Positions 10,597 through 20,470 of a stretch of 64,000 nucleotides of DNA are shown piece after piece. Location of the stretch: NCBI GenBank assembly GCA_963765205.1, contig CAVXVB010000009.1, positions 160,001-224,000 of the forward strand, written 5' to 3'. The position numbers and the translations under genes were made by a program. The DNA is from an uncultured Verrucomicrobiae bacterium. Its GTDB lineage: Bacteria > Verrucomicrobiota > Verrucomicrobiia > Opitutales > JABDGR01. The first letter of the stretch is position 1; every line of letters begins with the position of its first letter. The notes under the pieces are model-generated. The model saw only the letters and a program-made list of their open reading frames with translations. It did no database searches and had not been told where the DNA came from.

Positions 10597-11400
10597 ATGG
10601 GCGCGGACGTGACGTTTCATATTCTCGGCAGCAGCAGCTCGGGCAATTGCGCCCTGCTGACGACGCCCGACTGCCGCGTGCTCATTGACCTGGGCTTCCC
10701 CGCGCGGCGGCTCAATGAGATGCTCCAGCCCACCGGCGTGCGCCTGGCGGACGTGGACGCGGTCTTCATCACCCATGAGCACTCGGACCACACCTGCGGG
10801 CTGGCGAGCCTCGCACGCCATCCGGGGATGCAGGTTTTCGCCAACCGGGAGACGGCCCGGGCGGTGCAAACGCGCCTGCGCTTCCGGCCCCGCTGGAATT
10901 TTTTCGAGACCGGCTCGACGTTTGCGTTCCGGGGACTCGAAATCAGCAGCTTTTCCGTGCCGCATGACGCGTCGGACCCGGTGGGCTTTGTCTTTGCCGT
11001 GGGCGCGCCCGCCGCGCCGCTGCGGCTGGCGTGGTGTACGGACTTGGGTTACGTGCCGGAGCTAGTGCGTGAGCGCATCCGGGGCGCGGACGTGCTAGTG
11101 CTGGAAAGCAATTACGACCCAGACATGCTCGACCGCGACCACCGGCGGCCCTGGTCGCTCAAGCAGCGCATCAAAAGCCGGCACGGGCACCTGTCCAACC
11201 ACGCGGCGCACGAATTGCTGCGCACGACGGAGAACGCGGCGTGGCGGCGGGTTTACCTCGCACACCTCTCGCGCGAATGCAACGACGTGCAGTTGGTGCG
11301 CGAAACCTTCGCCGCGCTCGGGAAAAATGACCACCGCTACGCCATAGAGGTGGTGGATCCGGCGGCGGCGGGGATTTGTTGCGGGCTGGATGTGGTGTAG
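10597..11400 (+). CDS. MBL-fold metallo-hydrolase (YycJ/WalJ-like)
   Basis: LGSSSSGNC, THEHSDH, VPHDA, ESNYD, GHLSN, AHLSRECN. Confidence 0.9.
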   Translation: MGADVTFHILGSSSSGNCALLTTPDCRVLIDLGFPARRLNEMLQPTGVRLADVDAVFITHEHSDHTCGLASLARHPGMQVFANRETARAVQTRLRFRPRWNFFETGSTFAFRGLEISSFSVPHDASDPVGFVFAVGAPAAPLRLAWCTDLGYVPELVRERIRGADVLVLESNYDPDMLDRDHRRPWSLKQRIKSRHGHLSNHAAHELLRTTENAAWRRVYLAHLSRECNDVQLVRETFAALGKNDHRYAIEVVDPAAAGICCGLDVV

Positions 11401-11424
11401 GTGTATTTGAAATTCCAAGGCAGT

Positions 11425-11503
11425 TCACCGCGAAGGCGCGAAGAGCGCAAAGGAGAATATTTCCTCCGTGTCATCCTTGGCGACCTTGGCGCCTTGGCGG
11501 TGA
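11425..11503. repeat. REP-like imperfect hairpin with 9-bp internal periodicity
   Basis: tcaccgcgaaggcgcgaagagcgcaaagg ... ccttggcgaccttggcgccttggcggtga inverted arms in an intergenic gap. Confidence 0.65.
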
Positions 11504-11643
11504 TATGGCCTTTACGTTAAATTTTTTCGCCGGTTCGCCATTACGCTTGCATCCCGGATAGTGAACATGCGATGGCTAACGGTTGGAAGCAATAACCCAC
11601 CCGCCCGCATTGAGGCATTGAATCTGCTACACCGGAGTTTCTT

Positions 11644-13065
11644 ATGCGCCGCCCGTTCCAGCACACCAAAATCACCTTCACCCTCGGCCCGGCCAGCGAA
11701 AGCGAGGAAATGCTCGCCAAGCTGATCCTCGAAGGCGTGGATCTTTGCCGGCTCAACATGGCGCACGCCAACCACGAGTGGACGCGTGCCTCGATCCGCC
11801 GCATCAAGACCGTCTGCGATCGGGTGGGCCGCCACATCGCCATCATGATGGACGTGAAAGGCCCGGAGATCCGCACCGGCGACCTTCCGGTCCCCATTGA
11901 GCTGGAAACCGGTCAGACGCTCGACTTCGTCACCGAAGTGGGCGCGGCGGTGGGTGATGGCGTCTTCGCGGTGGGGGTCAATTACCGCGATTTTCCGCGT
12001 GATGTGGCCGTCGGCAAAACGGTGCTGGTGGATAGCGGCCTCATCCGCCTCGAAGTCCTCGAAACCCACCCGGCGCGCGTGCGCTGCCGGGTGACTGTGC
12101 CGGGGAAGCTCACCAGCCGGCGTCACCTTAACCTGCCCGGCGCCAAAGTCAACCTGCCCGCCATCACGCAAAAAGATCGCGCGGACATCGAGGTTGGCAT
12201 TGCCGAAGGCGTGGATTTCTTCGCGCTGTCGTTCGTCCGCGAGGCCGACGACATTGACATGCTGCGGCGCTTCCTCACCGAACATAAAAGCATGGCACGC
12301 ATCATCGCCAAAATTGAGGACCAGAGCGCCATCGCAAACCTGGACGAAATCATCACCGCCGCCGACGGCCTGATGGTCGCGCGCGGGGATTTGGGCATCG
12401 AATGTCCATTCGAGGATTTGCCCATCATCCAGCACCGGGCCGTCAACCAGTGCATCATCCACCGCAAACCCGTGATCGTCGCCACGCACATGCTCGAATC
12501 CATGATTGTGTCGCCGGTGCCGACGCGCGCGGAGGTCAGCGACATCGCCACGGCGGTGCGCGAACAGGCGGATTGCATCATGCTCTCCGGTGAGACCACC
12601 TCGGGCAAATACCCACTCGAATGCGTGCAGACCATGAAACGTATCGTCGCACGCATCGAGACCGAGGGGGACATGCCGCTAGCGCCTGTGCCGCTGCTCA
12701 AGACGCACAAGGACCAGCTGCTGAGCGCCGCCGCGCGCCTAGCGGAGGGCGACCACCATGCGAGCATCGTCGTGTTCACGCGCAACGGCAACCTGCCCGC
12801 CATGCTCTCCGCGCTGCGCCCCCGCCGCTCTCCGATTTATGCCTTCACCGACGACCAACGCGTCTTCAAGCAACTGTTGCTGCATTGGGGCGTCGAACCG
12901 TTCCTCATGGAATTCTCGAAGGACTACGAGCAGACCATCCTCAACGCCTTCGATTACCTCGAGCGCCGCGACTGGGTGCAAATCAAGGACTGGGTGGTGG
13001 TCGTCACCAACGTCATCATGGGCGAGAAGCTGATTGACACCATCCAGTTCCGCGAGGTGGAGTGA
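11644..13065 (+). CDS. pyk: Pyruvate kinase
   Basis: TKITFTLGPAS, RLNMAH, DVKGPEIRTG, IIAKIE, MVARGDLGIE, IMLSGET. Confidence 0.97.
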   Translation: MRRPFQHTKITFTLGPASESEEMLAKLILEGVDLCRLNMAHANHEWTRASIRRIKTVCDRVGRHIAIMMDVKGPEIRTGDLPVPIELETGQTLDFVTEVGAAVGDGVFAVGVNYRDFPRDVAVGKTVLVDSGLIRLEVLETHPARVRCRVTVPGKLTSRRHLNLPGAKVNLPAITQKDRADIEVGIAEGVDFFALSFVREADDIDMLRRFLTEHKSMARIIAKIEDQSAIANLDEIITAADGLMVARGDLGIECPFEDLPIIQHRAVNQCIIHRKPVIVATHMLESMIVSPVPTRAEVSDIATAVREQADCIMLSGETTSGKYPLECVQTMKRIVARIETEGDMPLAPVPLLKTHKDQLLSAAARLAEGDHHASIVVFTRNGNLPAMLSALRPRRSPIYAFTDDQRVFKQLLLHWGVEPFLMEFSKDYEQTILNAFDYLERRDWVQIKDWVVVVTNVIMGEKLIDTIQFREVE

Positions 13066-13154
13066 AGAACCTGGCGTCGTGTCGGTAGTTAGACCATCCC
13101 AGGGCAATCGGCCCTTGTCTTTCGACGCGGGAAGGCATTGTCTTGGGCGACCTT

Positions 13155-13392
13155 ATGCGCTCCCTCTCCTCCTTCATTCGCCTCAGCGGCGGAATCGTCT
13201 TGCTTGTGCTCGACTTTATGGCCTACCAATCGGCGAGGGCGAGTCTGGCCGCGACCGGCCCCATCGAGATTTACCGGCCGCCCGACCGCGCTGCAACGCT
13301 GGCAATTCTACGTCATGCTCGCGGTGTTTGGCTTCATCGGCTTGACCTTGTGCATCCTGGGCATGGCACCGTTGCGCAAGAAAAGAAAATGA
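13155..13392 (+). pseudogene. Small 2-TM membrane protein, apparently split by a 1-nt frameshift near 13270
   Basis: MRSLSSFIRLSGGIVLLVLDFMAY.. joins ..TGRPTALQRWQFYVMLAVFGFIGLTLCILG..KKRK if one T is removed from gagatttacc. Confidence 0.45.
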
Positions 13393-13425
13393 CCACCGCG
13401 GCATTCCCTTCGAAACAAGGCCCAC

Positions 13426-16155
13426 TCAGTTCGCGGCCGGGGGTTCGACCGCCGGTGGCGACGGTTCGGCGAAAGATGGGGCAGTCGTTTCACCCGACGC
13501 TTCGGCGGGGTGGTCGGCAAATGGGAGTGGTTCTTCGAGGTCGAGGCGCACGTCGCCGTTTTCGGGCGCGGGGGCCGGCTCCTGGTTTTCGATGGCGTCG
13601 GCGGTGACTTGCTTGACTTCGCCTTGGAGGTCCACCAAGTCGCTGAGCGAGCGGAAAAAGCTCTGGATGTCGGTGAGGTCGGCGAGATCGCCGACGACGC
13701 GGTCGAAAAGGGCGCGTTTCTCGGCCTTGAGGCGCTGGATGCGCTCCTCGATAGTGCCAACGGCGATCATGCGGTAAACGAACACGGTGCGGTCCTGGCC
13801 GAGGCGGTGGACGCGGTCAATCGCCTGTTCCTCGACGGCCGGGTTCCACCAGGGGTCGAGCAGGAAGACATAATCGGCGGCATGCAGCGTGATGCCGGTG
13901 CCGCCCGCGCGCAGGCTCACCAGCATGATGCCGGCGCCCGAGGCGGCCTGGAAACCTTCCACCGGCTTCTCGCGGTCGAGCGTCTGGCCTGTCAGTTCCC
14001 AGAGCGGGAGGCCGGGGAAGCGCGCCTCAATCAGCGCGCGCGCGCGGCGGAGCAATGACACAAATTGCGAGAAGATGACGACCTTGTGGCCGCCGGCAAT
14101 GACTTCGTCGAGGCGCTCGGCGAGGACGTTGAGCTTGCCGCTGTTTTCCACCGGGGTGTTGAGCCAGGGCAAAAGCGCGGGGTCGCAACAGGCCTGGCGC
14201 AGGCGGGTGAGCAAAGTCAGCAGGGTCAACGGGCGCTCGCGCGCGGCGGCGGCCAAGTCCTGGCCGAGCGCGCCGACGCCTTCGCGGACCAGCCGCGTGT
14301 ATTCCTCGCGCTGCACATCGGTCAGCGGGCAGACCAGTTCCATCTCGACCTTGTTGGGCAGCTCCTTGGCGACTTCGCGCTTGGTGCGCCGGAGGACGAA
14401 GGGCGCGATTTGCTTGCGCAAGTGGTCGCGCTGGGCGGCGGCGTTGCGCAGCGATTCCGTCTCGAACGCTTTGCGCGGGCCGAGCAGGCCGGGCATGAGG
14501 TAGCGGAAGAGCGTCCACAAATCGAGCGGGCGGTTTTCGAGCGGGGTGCCGGTCAGGGCGATGCGGTGGCGGGCGCGCAGGCGCAGGCAGGCCTGGGTCG
14601 CCTTGGCCTCGGGGTTTTTGATGAACTGGGCCTCGTCGAGCACGGCGTAGCCAAACTCGACCTTGTCCAAAATGAGTTTGTGGCGGCGCAACTGTGTGTA
14701 ACTTGCCAGCCAGAGGGCCGGCTTGCGGTGCTCCGCGAAATCGTGCCCGGCCTTGAGCACTTCTACTTGCAAGTGCGGAAAGAACCGCGCCACTTCATGC
14801 CGCCAGACCGGCACCACGCTGGCTGGGCAGACGATGAGGTTGGGCCGGTCGCCCAAGCTGCGGATATTCAGCAGACTCAAAACTTGCAGGGTTTTGCCCA
14901 GTCCCATTTCGTCGGCGAGCAGGCCGTGGCAGCCGCATTCGCACAAATGGCGCAGCCATTTGACGCCCTGCGCTTGGTAGGGCCGCAAAAACGGCGGCAG
15001 CCCGTCAATGGACCAATCGGGTTTGTAGAGCGCGTCCTTCCAGGCTTGCAGTTCGGGGCTGACCTGCACATGGCCGGCCTCTCGGGCAAAGACCGATAGG
15101 AGCATGTAATTGGGCAGGCCGCCGGAAAGGCGCTTGTCGAGGACGTGGTGCCAATCGGCCAAAATTTCCGCCTGATCCTGGGGCAGGCGCACCAGCCCGC
15201 GACCCGCGATGAAACTCGTGCCCGGCCCGCGCCGCACCAGCCGCCGCGCCTCCTCGGGCGTCAACCACTCGTCGCCCACGCGCAAATCCCACTGGAAAGC
15301 CAGCCGCGCACGGCCCTTGGCCACGGCCCGGCCCGTCAATTCCGTCTCGCGCAAACCGCGCGTGAGGGCGTTGACCGCTGGGTCCACCTCCACCGTGAAA
15401 TAATTGTGCCAGTTCTTCAGCTCAGAGCGCAGGAACCCTGGCGCCTTGTCCCATTCCCCCATCACATAACAGGCCCGCGCGCTCTGAAAATGGAAGCCCG
15501 CCCGCCGCGCCAGGCTCGCGAGGCGGATCATCTTCTCGCGCTCCGGACCGGAAAGTTCCAGCCCTTCAGCCGCCTTGCCAAACGCCGCCTGTTTCTCGGT
15601 GGCCGCTTGTGGACCGGTTTTTTTAACCCAGAAGGCGTCGCAGGCCAAACCCGCATCGTTAACGGACAATGCCAGCATCAACTGGCGCACGCCTTCTACC
15701 GGGACTACGGAGACGATGGCGGGTGCCGCAGCGGAGGGCACCGGAGCGTCGGGCGGGTGGCCGTTGCCGTTGGCCGGCGCCGTAATTTCACGCCCCGCCG
15801 GTCGTTTGTCCGGCGGCAGCGGCGAGGCCTCCTCGGCGACCAATTCCTCAATTTCGTAGAGTCCGGCCACGGCCAGGGCGCGACCCTCGTCCTCGGCCGC
15901 CACGGAGGCGCGCACATGCAATTTGCCCTGCGGCCATTCAAGCACGACGTAACTCTCGCGCTCGTCCATGCGTCCATGAATGATGGCGTCGGCCTCAGTC
16001 AATTCCATCTCGCGCACGCAGCCTTGGCGATACCAAGCGCGCCCGCGGTCGAGGACCTCGGGCGTGAAATCGCTTTCCCACGGGACGGTGAGACGCTGGA
16101 ACCAGGCTTCCAGCGCGCCGGCGCGGTAAATGCGCTTCGGGGGGCGGGCGGGCAT
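13426..16155 (-). CDS. SNF2-family DEAH helicase/ATPase
   Basis: LRPYQ, LADEMGLGKT, DEAQ, LTGTPLEN, DPWWNPAVEEQAIDRVHRLGQ. Confidence 0.95.
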   Translation of the reverse strand: MPARPPKRIYRAGALEAWFQRLTVPWESDFTPEVLDRGRAWYRQGCVREMELTEADAIIHGRMDERESYVVLEWPQGKLHVRASVAAEDEGRALAVAGLYEIEELVAEEASPLPPDKRPAGREITAPANGNGHPPDAPVPSAAAPAIVSVVPVEGVRQLMLALSVNDAGLACDAFWVKKTGPQAATEKQAAFGKAAEGLELSGPEREKMIRLASLARRAGFHFQSARACYVMGEWDKAPGFLRSELKNWHNYFTVEVDPAVNALTRGLRETELTGRAVAKGRARLAFQWDLRVGDEWLTPEEARRLVRRGPGTSFIAGRGLVRLPQDQAEILADWHHVLDKRLSGGLPNYMLLSVFAREAGHVQVSPELQAWKDALYKPDWSIDGLPPFLRPYQAQGVKWLRHLCECGCHGLLADEMGLGKTLQVLSLLNIRSLGDRPNLIVCPASVVPVWRHEVARFFPHLQVEVLKAGHDFAEHRKPALWLASYTQLRRHKLILDKVEFGYAVLDEAQFIKNPEAKATQACLRLRARHRIALTGTPLENRPLDLWTLFRYLMPGLLGPRKAFETESLRNAAAQRDHLRKQIAPFVLRRTKREVAKELPNKVEMELVCPLTDVQREEYTRLVREGVGALGQDLAAAARERPLTLLTLLTRLRQACCDPALLPWLNTPVENSGKLNVLAERLDEVIAGGHKVVIFSQFVSLLRRARALIEARFPGLPLWELTGQTLDREKPVEGFQAASGAGIMLVSLRAGGTGITLHAADYVFLLDPWWNPAVEEQAIDRVHRLGQDRTVFVYRMIAVGTIEERIQRLKAEKRALFDRVVGDLADLTDIQSFFRSLSDLVDLQGEVKQVTADAIENQEPAPAPENGDVRLDLEEPLPFADHPAEASGETTAPSFAEPSPPAVEPPAAN

Positions 16156-16378
16156 TCGGGGGGTGTGGTCGGGGGGCTAATTTGCAGCGCCAGGCATTGG
16201 CGGATGTCCACCGCCCAACCCCGCAAAAAAATATCTCGTCATTAAAACATTCCCCGCGCGGCATGGCAATGGATTTACTTTTGCGAAATGAGTTTTTACG
16301 TTTGCCACCGAGGTGGATTTTGCTAGACTGACCGTTTGGGCGCATTCATTCCCGCCAGACGGAGATCACTAACCGTCC

Positions 16379-16408
16379 TTGACATCCAACACTGAAGCGG
16401 CTTAGTTG
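16379..16408 (+). promoter_or_regulatory. Putative sigma70 promoter of tRNA-Asp
   Basis: Perfect TTGACA at 16379-16384 with a weak -10 (ttagtt/tagttg) 17-18 nt downstream, about 20 nt before the tRNA. Confidence 0.4.
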
Positions 16409-16428
16409 GACAGCTTGCCAAGAGCAAA

Positions 16429-16505
16429 GGGGTGGTAGTTCAGTTGGTTAGAACGCCTGCCTGTCACGCAGGAGGTCGCGGGTTCGAGTCCCGTCCATCC
16501 CGCCA
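16429..16505 (+). tRNA. tRNA-Asp (GTC)
   Basis: GGGGTGG/CCATCCC acceptor stem, D-arm tagttcagttggttagaac, anticodon loop ctGTCac, GGTTCGAGTCC T-arm, encoded CCA; 77 nt. Confidence 0.98.
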
Positions 16506-16576
16506 TTTATCCCATTGAGGGACAATGGCTTAAAAAAAGTGACAACGGATTTGCCAGTTGACGTGGCAAATCGGTC

Positions 16577-16700
16577 ATGAATGCAGACACTCCGTTCGTC
16601 GTTTCTCAATTCACGAATCCCTCCGGGGAAATCGTTTTTCGCGTCTCTGGCTGGTTGGATGGTCAGCGTGTGAGAAAGAATTTTCCCACGCGCGAAGGCA
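16577..16700 (+). pseudogene. Probable N-terminal relic of a tRNA-targeting tyrosine integrase
   Basis: About 40 codons FVVSQFTNPSGEIVFRVSGWLDGQRVRKNFPTREG, resembling an integrase arm-binding N-terminus, about 70 bp after the tRNA 3' end, then degenerates. Confidence 0.55.
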
Positions 16701-16788
16701 GCGCGACGGGGCCTTGCTTCGCGCTCTGTCTCTTTGGGAGGGAGGGTAAGACCCCCATGGTGTTTTCGGCTCTTTCGGAGTATGGTTC

Positions 16789-16995
16789 ATGATGGATGCC
16801 AAGCACATTTTCCCTTTGGCCAATGTCCGCTGGATATTCTTTGCCGTGTTGCCGGGTATTTTGATGTTGTCCGGTTGTGTTGTGGCGCCGGCTGGCGAAG
16901 TGGTGGCTCCAGAGCCAGCGGAAGTGGTGGTTGCTCCCGAACCTGTTTTCGTAGGGCCCCCCGTGATAATTGGCGGCCATTATTACCGGCGTTGA
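16789..16995 (+). CDS. Small Pro/Val-rich lipoprotein
   Basis: Signal peptide with LSGC lipobox followed by repeated EVV(V)APEP; 68 aa. Confidence 0.65.
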   Translation: MMDAKHIFPLANVRWIFFAVLPGILMLSGCVVAPAGEVVAPEPAEVVVAPEPVFVGPPVIIGGHYYRR

Positions 16996-17045
16996 GTTCA
17001 CCAGTGTGTGGGGATGGAATTGGCGCAGTGCAGCCATCGCTAAAT

Positions 17046-18245
17046 ATGAACCTGCCGATCCACATTGAATTTCCCGACGCAGCGAGGAGTTCCCGGCGGG
17101 CACGCCTGATCTGCCGGGAATGCGGGCACGCCCATACGCAGGTGTCGCTGGTTCCCGGGGAAACAGCCCGGTGTGTGCGGTGCAACTCCGTGCTGGCGAA
17201 GAAGGGCTGGTTTGGCGAGGACGCCGTGCTTGCATTTACGGTCACCGGTCTCCTGATCATCCCGCCGTCAATATTGTTCTCATTTGTAACCGTCAGCAAA
17301 TTGGGTGATGAGCAGGTGAGTTTGCTTTTCACCGACGTGCGGGCTCTCTGGCAAGACGGAATGCCGCTGTTGGCAGTTTGGGTGTTGGTGTGCGGCGGTT
17401 TGGCGCCGATTTTTTTGCTTTGCAGCTTGGCGGGCCTGCTTGTGCCGGATCGGTTGGGTTGGAAGCCGGTCGCAAGGCAGCGATTGTTACGGGCTGCGCG
17501 GGCGGTGGCCTATTGGGCGATTCCGGAGGTGCAAGTGCTCGCCGTGCTCGTGGCCCTGGCCAAGCTGGGGCATGTCGTCCATGTGACTTTGGGCCCCGGC
17601 TTCTGGTGTTATGCGGCATTAGCGGTGGTGACGATGCTGGCCTGGCGCAGTTTCGAACTGGATGCCCCGGCTGGCGCAACACCCCATCCCCGCAACTCCT
17701 ATAACCCTGACATAAAACTATTCCCATCAGTTCCCGGGTCAAAAAATCTTTCGCGAGTCGCCGCGCTGGCCTTGGCCGCCGCCATCATGCTGGTGCCGGC
17801 CAACCTGATACCGATCATCTACACGCAAAACGCCGGGAAGATCCGCACCGATACCATTTTCACTGGCATTGTCGGTTTGTGCCAGCAAGGCTGGTGGATG
17901 CTCGGGGTAATTGTGTTCATCGCCAGCATTCTTATTCCGCTGCTTAAACTGGGTGGCTTGGGCTGGTTGTGGCTCGTGGCCCGGCGAGGCCCGGATGTGC
18001 AGGCCCGCCCCCTGACGCGCCTGTATGGGATGCTCAGTATCATTGGCCGCTGGTCTATGCTTGATGTTTTTCTCGTCGCCTTCCTGACGGGCGTCGTGCA
18101 ATTCGGCAATCTGGCCAAGGTTGAGCCACGCAGCGGCGTCGCCGCATTTGCGGCGGCGGTGGTTTTGACGGTGCTGGCCACGGAGGCCTTCGATCCCCGC
18201 GGCCTGTGGGAGCGGTCCGATCATTCACCGCCCGACACGACATGA
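17046..18245 (+). CDS. pqiA: Paraquat-inducible protein A (PqiA/LetA family)
   Basis: CxxC...CxxC N-terminus, WAIPEV, PANLIP, SILIPLLKL, IGRWSMLDVF, AFDPRGLW. Confidence 0.92.
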   Translation: MNLPIHIEFPDAARSSRRARLICRECGHAHTQVSLVPGETARCVRCNSVLAKKGWFGEDAVLAFTVTGLLIIPPSILFSFVTVSKLGDEQVSLLFTDVRALWQDGMPLLAVWVLVCGGLAPIFLLCSLAGLLVPDRLGWKPVARQRLLRAARAVAYWAIPEVQVLAVLVALAKLGHVVHVTLGPGFWCYAALAVVTMLAWRSFELDAPAGATPHPRNSYNPDIKLFPSVPGSKNLSRVAALALAAAIMLVPANLIPIIYTQNAGKIRTDTIFTGIVGLCQQGWWMLGVIVFIASILIPLLKLGGLGWLWLVARRGPDVQARPLTRLYGMLSIIGRWSMLDVFLVAFLTGVVQFGNLAKVEPRSGVAAFAAAVVLTVLATEAFDPRGLWERSDHSPPDTT

Positions 18246-19156
18246 AACCGCTCGACATGCCCAAAATTTCCCGCGCCTCCACACTGCCGCTGGTATGGGT
18301 GGTGCCGTTGCTGGCCCTGGCCATCGGCGGCTGGATGATTTTACGTGAGGTGCTCAATCATGGCCTGGAGATTACCGTTGAATTTGCGGATGCGTCGGGG
18401 GTGGAGGCCGGCAAGACCATCCTCCAATACAAGGGGGTGGCCATCGGCGAGGTGCAAAACGTGGAATTAATAAAAGACCAAAGCGCCGTGGCGGTGCGCG
18501 TGCGCCTGGACAAAGACGCCGCGGACCTCGCGCGCCAGGGCACTCGATTCTGGATCGTCCATCCCCAAATTGATTTTTCCGGTGTGCGCGGGCTCGAAAC
18601 GCTTGTCACCGGCGCCTATCTGGCCATCCAGCCGGGTGCGGGGCCGCCGGCCACCGAATTCAAAGGGATTGACGAACCCCCGCCGGCTGAAAACAGCGAT
18701 TGGGGACGAGCGTTCATCTTGCGAAGCGACAAGCTCGGTGCGATCACCTCCGCATCCCCCGTCTATTTTCGAGGGCTGAAAGTCGGCGCGGTGGAAGCCA
18801 GCCGGCTCAGCGACGACTCCACCCAGGTGTTGATCCGCATTCGCATTTACACGCAGTATGCCGATTTGGTGCGCACCAACACTGAATTCTGGAATGCCGG
18901 CGGCTTGTCCTTGAAAATGGGCTTGTTAGGAATGGAGATCAGTACCACGTCCGTCGAGTCACTCGTCGTGGGTGGCGTGGCCTTGGCGACCCCGGGAGGC
19001 GACCTGGCACCGCCGGCCGCGGATGGCGCTGAATTCATCCTCCACGATGCAGCGCCCAAAGACTGGTTAACGTGGCAACCTAAAATACCTGTCCACCCGC
19101 CGGAAAGCATCCCGGCCTCCCCGGTTCGCGACGGAGGAATTCCTTTCCTGCATTAG
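18242..19156 (+). CDS. MCE (MlaD)-domain protein, short PqiB/LetB-like with two MCE domains
   Basis: WVVPLLAL TM, GVEAGKTILQYKGVAIGEV, RFWIVHP, GLETLVTGAY; second domain SPVYFRGLKVG...FWNAGG. Confidence 0.9.
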   Translation: MKPLDMPKISRASTLPLVWVVPLLALAIGGWMILREVLNHGLEITVEFADASGVEAGKTILQYKGVAIGEVQNVELIKDQSAVAVRVRLDKDAADLARQGTRFWIVHPQIDFSGVRGLETLVTGAYLAIQPGAGPPATEFKGIDEPPPAENSDWGRAFILRSDKLGAITSASPVYFRGLKVGAVEASRLSDDSTQVLIRIRIYTQYADLVRTNTEFWNAGGLSLKMGLLGMEISTTSVESLVVGGVALATPGGDLAPPAADGAEFILHDAAPKDWLTWQPKIPVHPPESIPASPVRDGGIPFLH

Positions 19157-19203
19157 GGTTACACCCCACTGGCGAGCCGGCCAGCCTGGGATACATTGTC
19201 ACT

Positions 19204-19575
19204 ATGAATGCCAAATTTTTTCTTCCTCGCAAGAGAATCAAATGCATGCTGGGCGCGGCGCTGGCCGCCCTGCTGGCGGGCTGTATTGTTGAGCCGGCCC
19301 GCCCAGTTTATGTGGCACCGGCGGCGGCCGGGACGGTAGTGGCGGCGGACGATTATATTTATTACCCCGACTATGAAGTGTATTATAATCAGACCACCGG
19401 GGTCTACTGGTATATGCAAGGCGGCGTATGGATGACCGGGCCGGTGGTGCCGGGCATCGCCATGGGGGTGCTGGTGGCTGCGCCCTCCATCCGGATGGAC
19501 TTTCATGATTCGCCGGCCAATCACCACGCTATGGTGATCGGGCGGTATCCGCGAGGCTGGCGGCCGCCCCGCTGA
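19204..19575 (+). CDS. Hypothetical lipoprotein
   Basis: LLAGC lipobox, IVEPARPVYVAP, Tyr-rich DDYIYYPDYEVYYN. Confidence 0.7.
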   Translation: MNAKFFLPRKRIKCMLGAALAALLAGCIVEPARPVYVAPAAAGTVVAADDYIYYPDYEVYYNQTTGVYWYMQGGVWMTGPVVPGIAMGVLVAAPSIRMDFHDSPANHHAMVIGRYPRGWRPPR

Positions 19576-19655
19576 GGGGCGCCGATAAAATTAGCAGCAG
19601 CCAGCACGGAGGGCTGGTTGCAAGATCGAAAGCCGTAATTCCATGTTCCGGGCTT

Positions 19656-20402
19656 TCAGGTATTCGCGGCCGACCCCAGATGGGACACTTTGGTGCGAGC
19701 CTTGTGTTTAATCGCATTGTCCATCCGGGAATGCTGCTCCGGCGGGATGCCTGGGCCGGAATTCGTCAGCATCTCCAAGCGGGTAAACCCTTTTTCCAAC
19801 GCATAGCGAATGAGCTCAGCGGAAGTGTGCAGACCGAGCTTGGCCATCGTCCGGCAGCGGTGGTTGCGCACGGTGAGTTCGCTGAGATTCATCGCCGCCG
19901 CGATCTGCTCATTACTTAGTCCTCGGCCAAACAGCCCCAGCAAGGATTGTTCACGGGCGGAGAGGATTTTGTTGAATGCGGTTGGATCGTTGCGCTGGGC
20001 CAGGAGGGCCTTGTGGATGGACGCGGAAAAGTAGCGTTCGCCGCGCAAGACCGCCTGAATGGCCGCCGCCAACTGGTCAACGGTTTGTTCCTTCTTGTCC
20101 ATGAAGCCATGCAGCCTCGAATTCAATACCTGGTGCAGGGTGAACTCGTCGCTGTAGCCGGAAAGTCCAATAACTTTGCTGCGCCGGCAAACCGCCAAGA
20201 GGCTGTCAAGCACATCCAAGCCGTCGCGATCCGGCAATGCCAAATCGAGGATGATCAGGTCCGGCTGCCTGCCCTCACCCAAGGCCAAGCCTGAGGCCGC
20301 GTCGCCCGCACCCCAAACGCTGGAGCCGGGCACCGCCTTCCGGCAGGCTGCCACGAGCAGTTCGCGCATCAGCGCATGGTCATCAATGACGATGATTTTC
20401 AT
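19656..20402 (-). CDS. NarL/LuxR-family response regulator (no cognate kinase in window)
   Basis: IDDH, PDLIILDLALP receiver; LSAREQ...GLSNEQIA...TVRNHR HTH. Confidence 0.93.
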   Translation of the reverse strand: MKIIVIDDHALMRELLVAACRKAVPGSSVWGAGDAASGLALGEGRQPDLIILDLALPDRDGLDVLDSLLAVCRRSKVIGLSGYSDEFTLHQVLNSRLHGFMDKKEQTVDQLAAAIQAVLRGERYFSASIHKALLAQRNDPTAFNKILSAREQSLLGLFGRGLSNEQIAAAMNLSELTVRNHRCRTMAKLGLHTSAELIRYALEKGFTRLEMLTNSGPGIPPEQHSRMDNAIKHKARTKVSHLGSAANT

Positions 20403-20470
20403 GAAGCCGGAACTAAAAGAATTATAGTTCAGGTTTGCCCAAAGGGCAAGAACTGCCCTTCGTTAGATTA

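Noticed and set aside
13426..16155. SNF2 helicase as part of an anti-phage defence system
   Set aside because: Neighbours are pyk and tRNA-Asp, codon usage is host-like and no nuclease or methylase partners are present
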